Part shown: positions 58,002-60,589 of the stretch, piece by piece | Position numbering within the stretch: position 1 is the stretch's first letter | How the letters are laid out: the number at the start of each line of letters is the position of its first letter | IMG/VR virus record: IMGVR_UViG_3300033151_000729 | Span: 1-60,589 of that record | Direction: 5' to 3' (one strand) | Length of the DNA stretch: 60,589 bases | Source: a virus | Taxonomy: Duplodnaviria > Caudoviricetes | The notes under the pieces: model-generated | What the model saw: the letters and a program-made list of their open reading frames with translations, nothing else | Told to the model about the DNA's origin: nothing | The model's database searches: none | Made by a program: the position numbers and the translations under genes

Positions 58002-58136
58002 CAAGTATTTTGGCTGCGGATTGCTTGGAGTTGAGATATAGTTAGTTTATCTGACACGGCAAGCCTGTTAACGGGTGGCGGCTCTCCACCGCCTGCTGTA
58101 CTTTTTATTACGGAGAGCTCAATAGGAGTTGAGATT

Positions 58137-58358
58137 GTGAACGAGCCAGATAGATCAGATTATCTGACAATAGGCAAGCTGGTAAACCAGATAGCAGAAA
58201 GTAAGCCAGGGCTTATCAGTATCGATATCACGCACGAGAATAGTTGCCAATTAAAAACTGATAAAGAGTTCTTCCTATATAATCGGCATAACCCCAAAAT
58301 AAAGGGTATTGTTTGTGTTATTGACAGTGTTAATATAATAGAACAAGGCATCCCTTGA
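58137..58358 (+). CDS. Small inserted hypothetical protein
   Basis: AGGAG RBS, GTG start, upstream hairpin. Confidence 0.45.
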   Translation: MNEPDRSDYLTIGKLVNQIAESKPGLISIDITHENSCQLKTDKEFFLYNRHNPKIKGIVCVIDSVNIIEQGIP

Positions 58359-59968
58359 CAACCTGCACCCCTCTACAGCTCAACGCCGGTGACATGCCAC
58401 TACTTCACATCGGTGAAGTAGTGGCTGTTTCGTTTTCAGGGCCAGAAATGGCAATCCGAATTATCACCAAGTCCCCCGCCCAAGAAGTCACCGCAAAGAT
58501 CTACTACCACCCCGCAGTTCCTTACGACACAGAAACCGAATCCTATCCATGCCAACTAGTTTCCGCCCGGTACATAATGGTCGGGGAAAAAGTATCAGTC
58601 TTTAAAAACGGAACTGATTATTGGGTGGTTGGCTCCTTAGTGCCCGCTTCTAGCCCGTACACTTCACTGGTTTCGAACAAGTTTTACACCGGTAGGGAGA
58701 TTGACAATGCTCAATGGGTTGACCTGCTAGACAACCATTCCGCAGGGCCTATCTTATGGATAAAGGATGATGCCCGCCGTTTTTTGCTGGATGATTTCAC
58801 GGTTGTCGAGCTGGAGGAACCTGTCTCCCCTTACGACAAAGGTACTTATGCTAATGATTTTATCAACCTCAATTTATACTGGCCAAATTTCCACCTACCC
58901 CAAATAACCTTGACACCTGGCCTCCTGAATCAGTCGTACCCGAAGCAGACCTGTTCAACCTGTAAATCGTATGGAAAGGAAACCCAAACCGAGACAGGGG
59001 GCGTATCTCTTTGTTCTGAAAAAGAAGTGAATGTTCCAGGTATTAGCGAGAATATGCCTTGCTATAACCCACGGCCTGTTAGAAAAACGGTTGTCCTTGG
59101 CCTGCCTGAGAAAACAAGCCAGTTTGAAAGGTATTTCAAGGAGGTTGACAAAGCGAAGAAACAATTATGGTCATTGGTTACTGTTCCCTCTTTGGTCACT
59201 GGCAGAGATGCCATGGAGCCAGATCCTGCTGAGTCTCGGGAGATTATCGAACATCTCGAACATGAACTAAAATCTTCCATGGCGGATTGTAATAACCTGA
59301 AAGAAAAACTGAAGGAAACTGAAGCAACTAGGGATCGCATCCTGAAAAACCAAAGCGAGTGTGCGGACGAATTCTACACCTTACATGAGAAGTACCGTGC
59401 TCAGGTCGTTAAGTATAGCGCCTTAGCTAAGGAGTATAAAATTCTCAAAGAGCGGCTTGCTGCTAAAACGACAGAACGCCCTGAGTATGCAGCGTTGCTC
59501 AAACTACGAGATGATGCACGCCGTGACGAAATCACAAACCTCAAGGCGAAACTTACCAATGCCAATGCTCATGCAAACTCATGGAAGATCGGCTTCACTC
59601 GTCAGGTAGAGAATTCCAAGGATATTGGCGATAAACACGCTGTCTTGGTTGAGGAGCATGATGCCTTAGCTGATCCTTTCCTTGAATCAATCGGAGACAA
59701 TGCCCAACTGGAAGCCGAATGTGATGACTTAAGAAAAAGATTGGAGCAAGCTGAGGTTGACCTGAACAATGCTCTCGAAAGGCATCGTAATTACGGGGAC
59801 TATCGACTGAACGACAATCCTCCCCTTAATCTCCATTGTCCCCACTGTGACAGGACTATCTCTTCCGTGAAACACCCTTACGTGGCCCACAAAGAAGATT
59901 GCACGGGTGTTGATTTATTCTGCACCGAACTGCATTGGAAACTCTACCAAAAACGCAACAACAAATAA
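58355..59968 (+). CDS. Chimeric-looking protein: tail-like beta N-half plus coiled-coil/Zn C-half
   Basis: Compositional switch near aa 190-250; C-terminal CPHC..H..C. Confidence 0.5.
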   Translation: MTTCTPLQLNAGDMPLLHIGEVVAVSFSGPEMAIRIITKSPAQEVTAKIYYHPAVPYDTETESYPCQLVSARYIMVGEKVSVFKNGTDYWVVGSLVPASSPYTSLVSNKFYTGREIDNAQWVDLLDNHSAGPILWIKDDARRFLLDDFTVVELEEPVSPYDKGTYANDFINLNLYWPNFHLPQITLTPGLLNQSYPKQTCSTCKSYGKETQTETGGVSLCSEKEVNVPGISENMPCYNPRPVRKTVVLGLPEKTSQFERYFKEVDKAKKQLWSLVTVPSLVTGRDAMEPDPAESREIIEHLEHELKSSMADCNNLKEKLKETEATRDRILKNQSECADEFYTLHEKYRAQVVKYSALAKEYKILKERLAAKTTERPEYAALLKLRDDARRDEITNLKAKLTNANAHANSWKIGFTRQVENSKDIGDKHAVLVEEHDALADPFLESIGDNAQLEAECDDLRKRLEQAEVDLNNALERHRNYGDYRLNDNPPLNLHCPHCDRTISSVKHPYVAHKEDCTGVDLFCTELHWKLYQKRNNK

Positions 59969-59975
59969 CCAAGGA

Positions 59976-60001
59976 TCAGCCCTGATCATGATCAGGGCTG
60001 A
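59976..60001. other. Perfect 26-bp palindrome
   Basis: TCAGCCCTGATCA|TGATCAGGGCTGA. Confidence 0.85.
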
Positions 60002-60010
60002 AATAATAAT

Positions 60011-60589
60011 ATGCCTGAATCTCCGTCTCAATTACGTTCCCGATGGGCCAAAGAGAAAGCTAGAAAAGAATATCTAACCCTTCCGAAGCCCCCCCGCTCT
60101 ATGGATACTGCACCGGGATACTCTGGCGCAATTGGTAAGGCCCTGGTGGCCCGGAACAAGCGGGAATTCATGAAGGATGCACGCTCTCAGCAAGCACGCA
60201 GAACAGAGCAGCTTGTCGGGGCGGGCCAACAGCAACAGCAACAACGTGCGTCCACTGCTGCTCAATCTGGTCTCCAGAGGCAGCAAGGCCAGCAGGCTCT
60301 GCAACGGCAGCAAGCAGCAGGCAGGCAATCTCTTGCCGAGATAGGAGCCAAGGGGCAGCAGGCTATCCGGCAGCAGCAAGGCAAAATTAAGGCCGTAGGG
60401 GCGAAGAGTGTTCCGGGAGCCATGTCCAGCAAACAGCGGGCTGACGTGGCAAGCCGTTTATGGAAACAGTATTACGATCCCGAAGAAGGCGGAAAGGCTT
60501 TACGTGGTCAGTACGGCACCACTTCCGAAGGTGGTTTTATGGGCTTTGGTGCAGAAGACGTTGAACACGGTGGGGTGCAAAAATACATA
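60011..60589 (+). CDS. N-terminal part of a Gln-rich putative ejection/internal virion protein; continues across the junction to 501 (~321 aa)
   Basis: ATG at 60011 (MPESPSQLRSRW...) is open to the window end and in frame with ORF 64..501 via the terminal repeat. Confidence 0.75.
   Translation, partial: MPESPSQLRSRWAKEKARKEYLTLPKPPRSMDTAPGYSGAIGKALVARNKREFMKDARSQQARRTEQLVGAGQQQQQQRASTAAQSGLQRQQGQQALQRQQAAGRQSLAEIGAKGQQAIRQQQGKIKAVGAKSVPGAMSSKQRADVASRLWKQYYDPEEGGKALRGQYGTTSEGGFMGFGAEDVEHGGVQKYI

Noticed and set aside
59976-60001. Protelomerase (telRL) site
   Set aside because: No protelomerase gene is visible and the palindrome is short and not AT-rich
60476-60589. 114-bp terminal repeat as a biological DTR
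   Set aside because: It falls mid-gene and looks like an assembler overlap; real termini need read data
1-60589. Genome-wide stop-codon recoding
   Set aside because: Long conserved genes are intact under code 11 and end in TAA, TAG and TGA

Overview
The window is a complete, circularly assembled double-stranded DNA phage genome of about 60,475 bp (1-114 is identical to 60476-60589). Its virion module is podovirus-type: TerS, TerL, P22-like portal, scaffold, N4-gp56/DUF4043-type capsid, adaptor, tail proteins, a giant ejection protein and a tail fibre. It also encodes a lambda-O-like initiator with iterons, DnaB, SSB, a Rad52-like annealase plus YqaJ exonuclease, both IHF subunits, and three antirepressor-family genes (AntA, Rha, KilA-N). 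I found no integrase, RT, CRISPR array or recognisable endolysin. IHF, SSB and DnaB look deltaproteobacterial (Desulfobacterota-like); this host call is inference. Main oddities: (1) a moron whose Cys/His-tailed ORF stays open past a single UGA followed by a SECIS-like hairpin, next to a ferritin with a degenerate ferroxidase centre; (2) two homologous c4-like attenuator leaders with co-varying pairing boxes; (3) a four-domain Tad2-containing sponge-like fusion; (4) a promoter-driven tRNA-Arg-like RNA without a canonical anticodon loop, plus an RLIG1-like RNA ligase elsewhere; (5) several repeat-bounded gene cassettes and 20-bp-phased repeats at the terS promoter. All family calls are by eye from motifs; no searches were run.
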